DNA of 61,366 nt, counting the filler. It is 10 parts of 10 records of this genome, joined end to end, with 100 filler letters (N's around TTAATTAATTAA, not from the genome) between each part and the next. Parts side by side here need not be neighbours in the genome. Positions count along the whole stretch, not along the records: positions 24,941 to 40,708 come from SRR20825010_4974; 9 more parts are not named here. One strand, given 5' to 3'. Both the position numbers and the translations under genes were made by a program. How positions within the stretch are numbered: the first letter of the stretch is position 1; each line of letters begins with the position of its first letter. Positions 28,337 to 38,257 of the stretch are shown one piece after another. Below the pieces are notes generated by a model. The model had not been told where the DNA came from and made no database searches. It was given only the letters and a program-made list of their open reading frames with translations.

Positions 28337-29389
28337 ATGACACGTCGAAACGCCCGCAAGCGCCTGAAACCGTTCAGACCTGCCCTGCGCAGGTTCTTTA
28401 CCCTGAGCCTGACCGCCAGTCTATCATTGTCGGCATTGTCGGCATTGCCGGTGATGGCCGACTTCCGCCCACTGGACGACAGTACCCTGGGCAATGTCAC
28501 AGGCCAGACTGGCGTCACCATCGAGATGGAAACCAAAATTGAGATGGACCGACTGAGCTGGACGGATGAAGGCTCGCTGAACGTCAATGGCATTCGCCTG
28601 TCCGGTCAGAACGATACAGTGCTGGACAACCTCAAGCTGACGTTGGACATTGCCGGCCAGGATGAGGTGCTTGAATACGGCTTCTCCGAGATTGCCCGCC
28701 GCGCCGACGCCGGCCTTCTGGATGTCTCCAATCCGGATGTGGCCGATGCCCTCGCCCGCTATGCCGTGGGTGGTGGTTACGGCAAACAGTTCGATAGCGG
28801 TGACTTGGTGATTCACCTGGGTGCCACAGATTACGGCGACCCGACCAGCCTGGACGACTACCTGCAGGCCGTGGATTTCGAGTTGGCGGTGGACAGTGTT
28901 GAAGCAACAGGGTCTGGCGGTACTGCCAGCCTGTTCTCCAATATCATGCTGCAGGGTTATATCGGCCCCACCGATCTGGTGATCCGCAACCAGGGTAACA
29001 ATACCCGTACGCTGGCCAACGGTAACGTGGTGTCTGGCTCGGAACTGCAGCTCGACACCCACTTTGAAATCACCAACGGTAATCTCAACTGGGATGCCGC
29101 CGACGTCATTCTAATATTCAACTTTGCCGCCGTTGGCATCGAAGGGCTGCAGATCCACAACCGCCGAGGCGACGATACCCTGGGTCACTTCGGGATGGCC
29201 AGTGCCACCGCGAAGCTGTCCAGGGGCACCAGCGCGGCGTCTGGAAAGGAAGGCCTTTCCATCCATGAGGTGGACTTCCGGGCCGACATCGATATGCCGG
29301 TGTTCAAAGTCGGTGGCACCAGTATCGGCTCCGTACAGTTCACGGATTTTGCCATTAAAAACACCACTATGATGGTGTATGGCCACTAG
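28337..29389 (+). CDS. DUF6160 / FilA-like secreted protein
   Basis: Signal peptide, then A-DFRPLDDSTLGNVTGQTGVTI; C-terminal SIGSVQFTD...MVYGH. Confidence 0.8.
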   Translation: MTRRNARKRLKPFRPALRRFFTLSLTASLSLSALSALPVMADFRPLDDSTLGNVTGQTGVTIEMETKIEMDRLSWTDEGSLNVNGIRLSGQNDTVLDNLKLTLDIAGQDEVLEYGFSEIARRADAGLLDVSNPDVADALARYAVGGGYGKQFDSGDLVIHLGATDYGDPTSLDDYLQAVDFELAVDSVEATGSGGTASLFSNIMLQGYIGPTDLVIRNQGNNTRTLANGNVVSGSELQLDTHFEITNGNLNWDAADVILIFNFAAVGIEGLQIHNRRGDDTLGHFGMASATAKLSRGTSAASGKEGLSIHEVDFRADIDMPVFKVGGTSIGSVQFTDFAIKNTTMMVYGH

Positions 29390-29454
29390 CAAGACACTGG
29401 ACAAGCCCCCCGCCACCAACAGTAAACTGCCCGTCTCTTAACGGCGGGCAGTCC

Positions 29455-30513
29455 ATGACCAACATCCCGGATCAAGATTATCAGCAGCGCGCGTCCTGGC
29501 GCAGGCTTACTGTTTTCAGCCTGATATTTATCGCCATGACCGCCGCCGGGCTCTATGCAGTGTACGACCAGTTCGCCGGGCGCAGCGTAACCTTCGACGA
29601 CCGACTGGTCTCGCCTCAGGCGCTTGTTTCCATCATTGCCCTGCTGGTGGTCTACTTTGCGGCGGACGGGCTGCGGTTGCACTTCACCCTTCGGGCACTG
29701 GGGCACCGCCTGCCCTTCCCGGCGATTTTCCGGCTGGTGTTCATCAACCTGTTCTTCTCCAACGTGACGCCCATGGCCACTGGGGGTGGCTTCGCGCAGA
29801 TCTGGTATCTCCAACACCATGGCGTGCCGGTCGGCCGCGCCACGGCGGCCACCACCATCCGCACCGTCATCGCGGTGATCTTTATCTTTTCGCTGACCCC
29901 CGTATTCCTGCTGACTCTGGATGCCCTGGATAACCAGCCCCTGGTCGGAGAACTGGGGCCGGTGCTCGCTGTGTTGATTCTCCTGTATCTCGGTTTTTTC
30001 ATGGTGGTGCTGTTCCGTACCCGATGGCTGATTGCGCCCTTGGGCCGGCTCTTGAGCACACTGCACCGGTTTCACCTGATCGGGGAACGCCGGCATCAGC
30101 GCTGGCAGTTCAAGGCCAAGCGGGAGATGCTGCGTTTTTCTCACAGTTTCGGCGACTACCTCCGGGGCCCCAAACAGTTCGTCGCGCTATCAGTGCTGTT
30201 TACCTTTGTGTTCCTGCTCAGCCTATTCAGTTTCCCGGCGTTGCTGATCTCCGCACTGGATTACGAGGTAGACTACCTGGTGAGCACGGGACTACTGGTG
30301 GTTACCACCTTTGTGATGTACTTTTCACCCACACCCGGTGCGTCTGGCATTTCGGAAGGGGTGTTCGGCAGCTTCTTCCGGGACATACTCACGGCCAACC
30401 ACCTGGTACTGGTGACCATTAGCTGGCGATTCATCACCATCTACCTCGGCATGCTGGCAGGCCTGGTGATACTGCAGCGGGAACTGGTGAGAAACAGGAA
30501 GGCATCCCAATGA
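29455..30513 (+). CDS. Flippase-like protein (LPG_synthase_TM / UPF0104 / YbhN family)
   Basis: NVTPMATGG, PTPGASGISEG, WRFITIY motifs; multiple TM helices. Confidence 0.88.
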   Translation: MTNIPDQDYQQRASWRRLTVFSLIFIAMTAAGLYAVYDQFAGRSVTFDDRLVSPQALVSIIALLVVYFAADGLRLHFTLRALGHRLPFPAIFRLVFINLFFSNVTPMATGGGFAQIWYLQHHGVPVGRATAATTIRTVIAVIFIFSLTPVFLLTLDALDNQPLVGELGPVLAVLILLYLGFFMVVLFRTRWLIAPLGRLLSTLHRFHLIGERRHQRWQFKAKREMLRFSHSFGDYLRGPKQFVALSVLFTFVFLLSLFSFPALLISALDYEVDYLVSTGLLVVTTFVMYFSPTPGASGISEGVFGSFFRDILTANHLVLVTISWRFITIYLGMLAGLVILQRELVRNRKASQ

Positions 30514-32726
30514 CACGACGTCACCCGTTAAAAGTGCTGTTTTACATCAGCCTGACGATTGTTGTGCTGCTGATCGGGTACAAGGCCTACCTGAACCTGT
30601 TCGAGCCGGATTTCGAGGCCCTGCACACGGAACAGGTCGCCCGCATTCACGACATGCTCTCTGATGATGGCGGTTTCAGTTTCGCGGTCGTGGGCAACAT
30701 CAACAATTCCGTGGGCGTTTTCGAAGAACGCATGATACCGGCCCTCAACCAGTCCGGCGTTGATTTTATGGTGTCCGCCGGTAACGCAGTGAGTGGCGGC
30801 GGCGAGGACAAGTACCGGGCCATCCAGGGCTCGCTGACCCACCTGGACATTCCCTACCTGCTGACCTTCGGTGAAAACGAGTACGAGAACTTTGGCAGTT
30901 ACCGGTTTTACGACCACTTCGGCCCTCACTTCTTCAGCATCAAGGCCGGCGGCGCCCGCCTGATCTTCCTCGACAGCACCGGCAAGACGCCCTGGCGATG
31001 GCAGATCCGCTGGCTCAATGACCTGTTAAGCCAGGAGCCCAACCGGCTGCGCTTTCTCTTCATCGGTCACCCGCCGCTCCACCCGGATCAGGAAGCCCCT
31101 TTCGAGCAGGATAATGATTTCCTGCACCCCCCTGAGTTCCGCACCGCCCTGATGGACGCCATCGACCGGCACGATGTGGATATGGTGTTTTCAGCGAACC
31201 TGTCGCTGTATGCGGATCAGGTCGAGGGTGATACACGTTTCATCACCACCGGCGGAGCGGGCGGGCTGGTTCTGAACAACGACACCAGTTTTTACCACTA
31301 TGTGCGCGTTGATGTGAGCGACGACGGCGAAATCAGCCATTCGATGGTGCGCCTGGAAGCGAGACAACACCCTGTATTGAGTACCCTGGAATCCCTGTGG
31401 TTCTTTATCTACTCGCTGTTTTATGTGGGCTATGTAAACTTCATTCTGCTGGTGGCAGTGTTCGTACTGATCAGCACCAAGCTTTACACCGCTATTTTCG
31501 TGGCGAAAGACTACTATCCGGACTACGATCTGGACCCCCAGCCCTGGCTGTCGAAACCCTTGCGGGTGGCCATGTTCACCAACAACTACCTGCCGTTCAT
31601 TGGCGGCGTGCCCATCTCCATCGCACGCCTGCGCAAAGGCCTGGAAACCCTGGGGGACATCATCCTCATCGTTTGCCCCCGCTATCGCGACCAGCCACGC
31701 GGGGAGACCAACGTGGTGCGAGTGCCCTCCCTGCTGGCTATGGGGGAGAAACGGGAGTTCCGCCTTGCCAACATCTTCCTGGCAAGAATCCGCCGACAGG
31801 TCAGAGCGTTCAAACCCGACATCATTCACCTTCACCACCCCATCTGGCTGGGCTCGCTGGGGCTGTTCGTGGCCCGGCGCCTGAAGGTGCCGGCGGTGTA
31901 TACCTACCACACCCGGCTGGAGCACTATGCCCACTTCGTGCCGCTGCCGGGCAATCTGTTCCGCAACCTGATTTCCCACGAGCTGATCAAACGCTTCGCC
32001 AACAAATGCGATGGCGTGATTGTGCCCACCTACTCCACCGAGGAATACCTGCGGATGATCGGTGTGAAAAGCCCCACATTCGTTCAGCCTACGGGCATTG
32101 AGTACCAGAAGTTCCAGGAAGTGGACGACAGCGACGTTCGCAAACTGCGGAACTCCCTGGGCATTGGCAATGAGACCGTGTTTGTCAGCGTCTCGCGGCT
32201 GTCCAACGAGAAGAACATTGATTTCATGATCGATGCCATTGAGGAGCTTCGTCGGCGGACAGACCGCCCTTTCCGGTTTCTGATGATTGGTGAAGGGCAC
32301 CAGCACGAACGACTGCAGCAGCGCATTGATGAACTGGGACTTCAGGATTGCTTTACACTCGTCGGCTCCATCCCGCCGGACGATATGGCCACCTGGTATC
32401 ACCTGGGCGATGCCTTCCTGTTCGCCTCCAAATCCGAAACCCAGGGCATGGTGATCCTGGAAGCCATGGCCGCCGGGTTACCAGTGGTGGCGGTGCGTTC
32501 CAGTGGCATTGAAGACGTAGTGCGCCACGGCTACAACGGCTTCAAGACGCCGGAAAAGCAGGACCAGTGGTGTGACCATGTGCAACAACTGTTGGAAGAC
32601 GACACCCTGCGCCAGGAACTGGCCGAGCACGCACTGGCGTTCGCGGCGGACTATTCCGTCGAGCAGTTTGCCCGTGATATGCGGGAAATCTATGCCCTGA
32701 CCCTGGCGCGATCAGCCTCCCGCTGA
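30510..32726 (+). CDS. Fusion of a degenerate calcineurin-like phosphoesterase domain and a GT4 glycosyltransferase (diacylglycerol glucosyltransferase-like)
   Basis: TM, phosphoesterase-fold motifs (IFLDS, WQIRWL, FIGHPP, TTGGAG), TM, then RVAMFTNNYLPFIGGV, YTYHT, SRLSNEKN, SKSETQGMVILEAMA. Confidence 0.88.
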   Translation: MTRRHPLKVLFYISLTIVVLLIGYKAYLNLFEPDFEALHTEQVARIHDMLSDDGGFSFAVVGNINNSVGVFEERMIPALNQSGVDFMVSAGNAVSGGGEDKYRAIQGSLTHLDIPYLLTFGENEYENFGSYRFYDHFGPHFFSIKAGGARLIFLDSTGKTPWRWQIRWLNDLLSQEPNRLRFLFIGHPPLHPDQEAPFEQDNDFLHPPEFRTALMDAIDRHDVDMVFSANLSLYADQVEGDTRFITTGGAGGLVLNNDTSFYHYVRVDVSDDGEISHSMVRLEARQHPVLSTLESLWFFIYSLFYVGYVNFILLVAVFVLISTKLYTAIFVAKDYYPDYDLDPQPWLSKPLRVAMFTNNYLPFIGGVPISIARLRKGLETLGDIILIVCPRYRDQPRGETNVVRVPSLLAMGEKREFRLANIFLARIRRQVRAFKPDIIHLHHPIWLGSLGLFVARRLKVPAVYTYHTRLEHYAHFVPLPGNLFRNLISHELIKRFANKCDGVIVPTYSTEEYLRMIGVKSPTFVQPTGIEYQKFQEVDDSDVRKLRNSLGIGNETVFVSVSRLSNEKNIDFMIDAIEELRRRTDRPFRFLMIGEGHQHERLQQRIDELGLQDCFTLVGSIPPDDMATWYHLGDAFLFASKSETQGMVILEAMAAGLPVVAVRSSGIEDVVRHGYNGFKTPEKQDQWCDHVQQLLEDDTLRQELAEHALAFAADYSVEQFARDMREIYALTLARSASR

Positions 32727-32818
32727 GTGATTCATCACGCCGCTTTTAACTTTGGAGATGATCGGTCTAGACTGGAAAAGCGTACTTTAAAGGACCTTTT
32801 TCGATTCGGAGACTGACA

Positions 32819-33766
32819 GTGACAGGCATTCCCGTTGGTATCAGCACCTGCCTGCTGGGCAAGGAAGTTCGCCATGATGGCGGCCACAAGCATTCCCGCT
32901 TCTGCACCCAGGTACTTTCCCGCCATTTCGAGTTTCGTTCCATCTGTCCGGAGCTGGAAGCGGGCCTCGGTGTGCCCCGGCCCGCCATTCACCTGCGTGA
33001 ATATCACGACGGACTGAAGCTGATCGAAACCAAAGGCACGGCGGACCATACGGATGCCATGCAGGGATTTATCGACCAGGTTCTACCGACTCTGGCGGAT
33101 TTGCGGGGCTACATCCTGATGGCCAAGTCTCCCAGCTGCGGCATGGAGCGCATCAAGGTGCACAATGAAGATGGCAATGTCACCCGCAGGGATGGCCGGG
33201 GACTGTTTGCTGAGGCACTGATTCGTCGCTACCCGCTGATGCCGGTGGAAGAAGAGGGCCGCCTGAACGACGACATGTTGAGGGAAAACTTTATAGAGCG
33301 AGTATTTGCCTACGATGACTGGATGCAGAACGTGGCTGGCGACAACCTCACCGCCCGTGCACTGATCGAGTTCCACACCCGCCACAAGTTCCAGCTACTG
33401 GCTCATTCCGAGAAGATCTATCGGCAGTTGGGGCCAATGCTCGGCGACCTGAAATCAGAGCCGTTGAAAGACATTGCTGACCGATACATCGCGTCGTTCA
33501 TGGAAGCGATGACCCAGCGGGTCAGCCGGGGTTCCCACGTGAACGCCATGCAGCACCTGATGGGTTATCTGCGGGATTCCATGGCGGAGGAGGACCGGCA
33601 GGTACTGATGGAGCAGGTAGACGCCTACCACCGGGGCGAAGTACCGTTGGTGGTGCCGATGACCCTGCTGCGGATGGCCCAGCGGCGGGAGCCGGTGGAC
33701 TACCTCAGCAGCCAGAAGTACCTGACCCCCTACCCGGATGAGCTGGGGCTCAGGAATCGGGTATAA
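32819..33766 (+). CDS. DUF523/DUF1722 (YbgA-like, 2-thiouracil desulfurase domain) protein
   Basis: GISTCLLG..VRHDGGHK, ICPE, KSPSCG, EEEGRL, FHTRHK. Confidence 0.9.
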   Translation: MTGIPVGISTCLLGKEVRHDGGHKHSRFCTQVLSRHFEFRSICPELEAGLGVPRPAIHLREYHDGLKLIETKGTADHTDAMQGFIDQVLPTLADLRGYILMAKSPSCGMERIKVHNEDGNVTRRDGRGLFAEALIRRYPLMPVEEEGRLNDDMLRENFIERVFAYDDWMQNVAGDNLTARALIEFHTRHKFQLLAHSEKIYRQLGPMLGDLKSEPLKDIADRYIASFMEAMTQRVSRGSHVNAMQHLMGYLRDSMAEEDRQVLMEQVDAYHRGEVPLVVPMTLLRMAQRREPVDYLSSQKYLTPYPDELGLRNRV

Positions 33767-33773
33767 CGCCTGG

Positions 33774-34505
33774 TCAGAATCCGTAGAGCAGTGACACAGA
33801 CACCTGGGTGTCGGTGTCGTCGGCCCCTTCCGGCTCGTCGGAAACATGCTGGACCAGATACGCGGCCTTCATGGACAGGTTACCCACAACGGTTGCCTGT
33901 ATGGATGTTTCCGATTCGCTGATGGTGTTGTTCTCTGACAGACCGATTTCGGTACTCAGCTTCTGACGAAACAACGCCGTATCGGACAGAGCGTAATCGA
34001 ACTTGCCTGCCAACCGGGCGATGGCTTCTTCTTCCTCCTGATTGCCGTCTGCTTCCGGTTCCTCGAGCCGGTTAAACCGGTAACCGCCACCGACAGACAG
34101 GTCAAGAAAAGAACGTTTGCCACGTTGCCAGACCCGGTTACCGTAACCGGTGGTCAACGAGGACTGGAAGTCATACCCGGAAAATCGGTCGTCTTCATAC
34201 GCTCCGCGTACGAACAGGTACTGGCTGCCCTCGAACTTGTAATCAGACTGCACTTCAGCGCTGTATTTTTCGGCCGTCGTGGTGTCATCCGTCTCTGAAT
34301 AGGTTGAACGGAAATCACCGGTATTCCGCCAGTCCGCGATCTCATGTTTCAGCCCGAGACGACCGTTGACGTTGGTTTCCTCCGTGTTGCCGGAGGTGAT
34401 CAGCACACCGACTTCCCCTTCGCCTTCCCACTCTTCAAACTCTTGGCCGAAAACCATGGGCGATGCCGCCAGTGTGACGACCGCCAGGGTTGCTCTGAAC
34501 TGCAT
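33774..34505 (-). CDS. DUF481 / YdiY outer-membrane protein
   Basis: Signal peptide, TSGNT, DDRFSGYD, terminal LLYGF. Confidence 0.9.
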   Translation of the reverse strand: MQFRATLAVVTLAASPMVFGQEFEEWEGEGEVGVLITSGNTEETNVNGRLGLKHEIADWRNTGDFRSTYSETDDTTTAEKYSAEVQSDYKFEGSQYLFVRGAYEDDRFSGYDFQSSLTTGYGNRVWQRGKRSFLDLSVGGGYRFNRLEEPEADGNQEEEEAIARLAGKFDYALSDTALFRQKLSTEIGLSENNTISESETSIQATVVGNLSMKAAYLVQHVSDEPEGADDTDTQVSVSLLYGF

Positions 34506-34524
34506 GGAATCTCCTTGTTTCCTG

Positions 34525-35535
34525 TCAGGATTTCGCGCGGCGCTCCCCCATAGCACTTTTGCGGGCCTGCTCCTCACGTTCTGCCTTTTTACGGGCCTTG
34601 CGCTCCGCAATGAGACGTGCCGCTTCGCCGCCCACATGGGTTTCACCCCGCTGTTCCGCCAGTCGCATTTGCCGCTCACGCTCGGCAAAACGGGCTTTCT
34701 GCTCCTCCGTCAACGAATCGATGCAACGGTGGCAACTCACGCCCTGCTCATACTCCGGGCGCTGCTTGTCTTCCTCGGTGATCGGCCGGCGGCAGGCGTG
34801 GCACTGATCGAACTCACCCCGTTCCAGCTTGTGGTTCACCGTTACCCGGTCATCGAATACAAAGCACTCCCCTTGCCACAGGCTTTGTGATTCCGGGACT
34901 TCTTCGAGGTACCGGAGAATACCTCCCTTCAGGTGGTAGACCTCATCAAACCCCTGCTCCTTCAGGAACGCCGTGGACTTTTCACAACGGATGCCGCCGG
35001 TGCAGAACATGGCCACCTTCTTGTGTTTCGAAGGGTCCAGGTTCTCTTTGACATACTCCGGGAACTCACGAAACGTATCCGTGGCCGGGTTCCTGGCGTT
35101 CTGGAAAGTCCCAATCTCCACTTCGTACTGATTGCGTGTGTCCACCACCAATACGTCCGGATCGGAGATGAGATCATTCCATTCTTTCGGGTCTACATAG
35201 GTGCCGACGATCCGTTTCGGGTCGATGCCCTCCACACCCATGGTGACGATCTCTTTCTTGAGCTTCACTTTGGTTCGCTTGAAGGGCTGGATGTCGACGA
35301 ACGATTCTTTGTAGTCGATGCCTTCGAACCGCTGATCAGCCTCCAACCAGCCGCGAATGGCATCCACACCTTCACGACTGCCGGCTATGGTGCCGTTAAT
35401 GCCCTCACGGGCCAGCAGCAATGTGCCGTGTACCTCTTTCTCCAACATCAGATCCAGCAATGGCTGACGAAGGGTTTTGTAATCATTCAGGACTGCGAAC
35501 TTATAAAGCGCACAGACAACAACATCCTGGCTCAT
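34525..35535 (-). CDS. trhO: Rhodanese-related tRNA uridine(34) hydroxylase
   Basis: [47 protein letters not shown]. Confidence 0.93.
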   Translation of the reverse strand: MSQDVVVCALYKFAVLNDYKTLRQPLLDLMLEKEVHGTLLLAREGINGTIAGSREGVDAIRGWLEADQRFEGIDYKESFVDIQPFKRTKVKLKKEIVTMGVEGIDPKRIVGTYVDPKEWNDLISDPDVLVVDTRNQYEVEIGTFQNARNPATDTFREFPEYVKENLDPSKHKKVAMFCTGGIRCEKSTAFLKEQGFDEVYHLKGGILRYLEEVPESQSLWQGECFVFDDRVTVNHKLERGEFDQCHACRRPITEEDKQRPEYEQGVSCHRCIDSLTEEQKARFAERERQMRLAEQRGETHVGGEAARLIAERKARKKAEREEQARKSAMGERRAKS

Positions 35536-35712
35536 GAGTCTGGTTTCTCCTGCGGGCCGGACCGTAAATCCGGAGCATGGTTGATAATCGCCAACGGGCG
35601 TGAGGGTGCCATTCTAACGAATACGGGCGAGGGAGAGTATTACGGGGGGTTACAGGGACGTCATTAACAATGCCCGGCGCCCCAAAGGCGGCACCGGGTG
35701 ATCAGGCTATGC

Positions 35713-36270
35713 TCAGAACAGAACAGCAAAACCCACGGAGACGCCGGAAATTTCTGCGCCATCCTTATCGATGTACTGCATGTACTCGCCGTTGACCTGA
35801 AAATCCTTGTTGATGTTCAGGTTGGCGCCCACGCCGTAGGAGATATCGGACTCAGACTCCGAGTCACTGAAAGAGTTACCAAACCCGCTCGCGGAGGCCG
35901 TCAGTTCACCCTTGGTGACGCCAACAATGGCATAGGGGTATACGGGGCTTTCGTTGGGAAGGCCCAGAACCATGTAACCACCCACCAGGTAATCCAGTTC
36001 AAGATCCAGGGATACACCGTTAAAACTGGTCGAGTCGTCTTTGGCGCCGAAACCGGCACGGAACTCGGCTGCCAGGTACGGGTTGATTTGCGCACCGGCC
36101 TTGCCCACCAGGGCGCCCAGGTCAAAGTCTTCAGAAATGCCATCTTCTTCGTAGGTTACGAAGGCGTAGTTGAGGCCCACATAGCCACCTTCCAGGGAAT
36201 CCTGTGCAGCCGCACCGGATGCAAAAGAAGCCATTACGGCAAAGGCCGAACCCAAAACAATCTTATTCAT
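35713..36270 (-). CDS. Eight-stranded outer-membrane beta-barrel protein
   Basis: Signal peptide, alternating beta pattern, terminal Phe. Confidence 0.88.
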   Translation of the reverse strand: MNKIVLGSAFAVMASFASGAAAQDSLEGGYVGLNYAFVTYEEDGISEDFDLGALVGKAGAQINPYLAAEFRAGFGAKDDSTSFNGVSLDLELDYLVGGYMVLGLPNESPVYPYAIVGVTKGELTASASGFGNSFSDSESESDISYGVGANLNINKDFQVNGEYMQYIDKDGAEISGVSVGFAVLF

Positions 36271-36387
36271 CACTACTTGCTCCTTGATGAAGGCTTGCCC
36301 CAGAGCCTCAACTTCTTGCGTTTATCCGTCGATTTTGAGGGCACATGAATGATAATTCATTTTGTGAGAAATTCCCCGACCCCAACT

Positions 36388-36415
36388 AAAAAAACTCCCG
36401 CCGTACGGGAGTTTT
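36388..36415 (-). terminator. Rho-independent terminator of the DsbA-like gene
   Basis: Minus strand ACTCCCG-tacgg-CGGGAGT followed by a T-run. Confidence 0.8.
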
Positions 36416-36437
36416 CCAGGGAGAACCGGTCGCCGTA

Positions 36438-37169
36438 TTATTGCTGGGAACCGGCCAACTCCCGCTCAACCACCGCCGACAACTGCCCCCATCCGGGGCG
36501 GGTCAGGCGGATATTGTCCACCAACACGGTTGGAGTACTGGTAACGCGAAGCTGCATGGCCACTCGACGGCTCTGTTCGATTTCTTCGACGTGAAGATCT
36601 GTCGTCATGCACCGGCTGAAACGGCGCTCATCGAGCCCCAGGTCCTCAGCGTAGCGGCTAAAGGTATCAACCGGGCTGCTGGAACCACTCCATTCGGTCT
36701 GCATGTCGAACAACTTGTCGTGCATGGCCCAGTAGCTGTCCTGGTCACCCGCACAGCGCGCTGCCTGGGCGGCAGGCATGGCGTTGTCGTGTTGCTGGAG
36801 TGGCAGATCAAAGTACACAAACCGCACCTTGCCGGACTCCACGTATTCCTGTTTCAACTGCTGGCTGGCGTCCGAAAAACGCGCGCAGGCGGGGCACTGG
36901 TAGTCTGCGAACTCCCGCACCACCACGGGTGCGTCTTCGTCACCAACGGAGACGCCGAAGCGATCCAGCTGGGCAGGAAACGGGTCGGCATTGGGGCCGG
37001 CAACCGGCAACTCATCCGAGGTGGGGGCCGGGCTCGCGGTCAGGAAAAAGACGCCCACCGCAACAAAAACAAGAACGATGACACTGATGCCGATATACAA
37101 CGATTTACGATCTTTCTTCCTGTTGGGCGGCGGTGTGCCGGTCTCTTTTCTTCTTTTTGCCTCGCCCAT
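36438..37169 (-). CDS. Membrane-anchored DsbA/BdbD-like thioredoxin-fold protein
   Basis: EFADYQCPAC, TSTPT cis-Pro loop, N-terminal TM. Confidence 0.92.
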   Translation of the reverse strand: MGEAKRRKETGTPPPNRKKDRKSLYIGISVIVLVFVAVGVFFLTASPAPTSDELPVAGPNADPFPAQLDRFGVSVGDEDAPVVVREFADYQCPACARFSDASQQLKQEYVESGKVRFVYFDLPLQQHDNAMPAAQAARCAGDQDSYWAMHDKLFDMQTEWSGSSSPVDTFSRYAEDLGLDERRFSRCMTTDLHVEEIEQSRRVAMQLRVTSTPTVLVDNIRLTRPGWGQLSAVVERELAGSQQ

Positions 37170-37276
37170 GGTAGAGCTCCTTATTGTTTATTCATTCGTG
37201 GACGTTTTCATGCGGTAATGAGCACGCTAAGATCTTTATACATTACATAAGTTCCAACAAAAATTAAGGAATTCTC

Positions 37277-38242
37277 ATGGCCTTACCTGAATCCCTGAAG
37301 ACATCGCTGAGTCTCCCGCTGGTGGCGGCACCCATGTTTCTGATCTCCGGACCGGAGATGGCGCTGGCCTGCTGCAAGCAGGGCATCGTTGGCAGCTTCC
37401 CGGCCCTGAACCAGCGCACCAGCGAAGGCTTCGAGGAATGGGTGATTCAGATGAACGAAGGCCTGAAGGACTTCCGGGAAACCCATCCGGGCCAGACAGC
37501 CGCGCCTTACGCCGTGAATCTCATCGTTCATCGCACGAACCCGCGCTGGGAGGCCGATCTGGACCTGTGCGTCAAACACCAGGTGCCCATAGTGATCACC
37601 TCCCTGGGAGCCGCCACCAAGGTGACTGAAGCAGTGCACAGTTACGGCGGCCTGGTCTTCCACGATGTCACCAACCAGAAACACGCCCGCAAAGCGGCCG
37701 AAGCAGGCGTGGATGGCATTATCGCGGTGTCTGCCGGTGCCGGCGGCCACGCTGGCACCATTAATCCATTCGTGCTGGTGCACGAAATCCGCGAGGTGTT
37801 CGATGGCGTGATCCTGCTCGCCGGCGGGCTTTCCAACGGCGAAGACCTCCTGGCGGCTCAAGCCATGGGCGCGGACCTGTGCTATCTGGGCACACGGTTT
37901 ATCAATACCACCGAATCGCGGGCGGAAGCAGCCTATCAGAACATGATCATCGAGGCGGTATCCGGCGACATTATCCACACACCGGCGGTGTCAGGGATTC
38001 CTGCAAACTTTATGCGTCAGAGTCTGGAAGCCGCCGGCTATCCCATGGATAAGCTGAACCAGGCCGGTGAGCTGAATTACGGCGATAAGCTCAAGCCCGT
38101 GGACGACGAAGCCAAAGCCTGGAAAACCGTCTGGTCCGCCGGCCAGGGCGTCAGCCAGATCACCGATGTTGTATCGGTCAGCGATCTTGTCGGGCGAATT
38201 GGTGATGAATATCGACGTGCCCGTGCGCGGCTCTGTGAGTAG
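37277..38242 (+). CDS. Nitronate monooxygenase family flavin oxidoreductase
   Basis: APMFLIS, GAGGHAG, YLGTRF, WSAGQG. Confidence 0.92.
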   Translation: MALPESLKTSLSLPLVAAPMFLISGPEMALACCKQGIVGSFPALNQRTSEGFEEWVIQMNEGLKDFRETHPGQTAAPYAVNLIVHRTNPRWEADLDLCVKHQVPIVITSLGAATKVTEAVHSYGGLVFHDVTNQKHARKAAEAGVDGIIAVSAGAGGHAGTINPFVLVHEIREVFDGVILLAGGLSNGEDLLAAQAMGADLCYLGTRFINTTESRAEAAYQNMIIEAVSGDIIHTPAVSGIPANFMRQSLEAAGYPMDKLNQAGELNYGDKLKPVDDEAKAWKTVWSAGQGVSQITDVVSVSDLVGRIGDEYRRARARLCE

Positions 38243-38257
38243 AGCCGCCGAGCGCAC

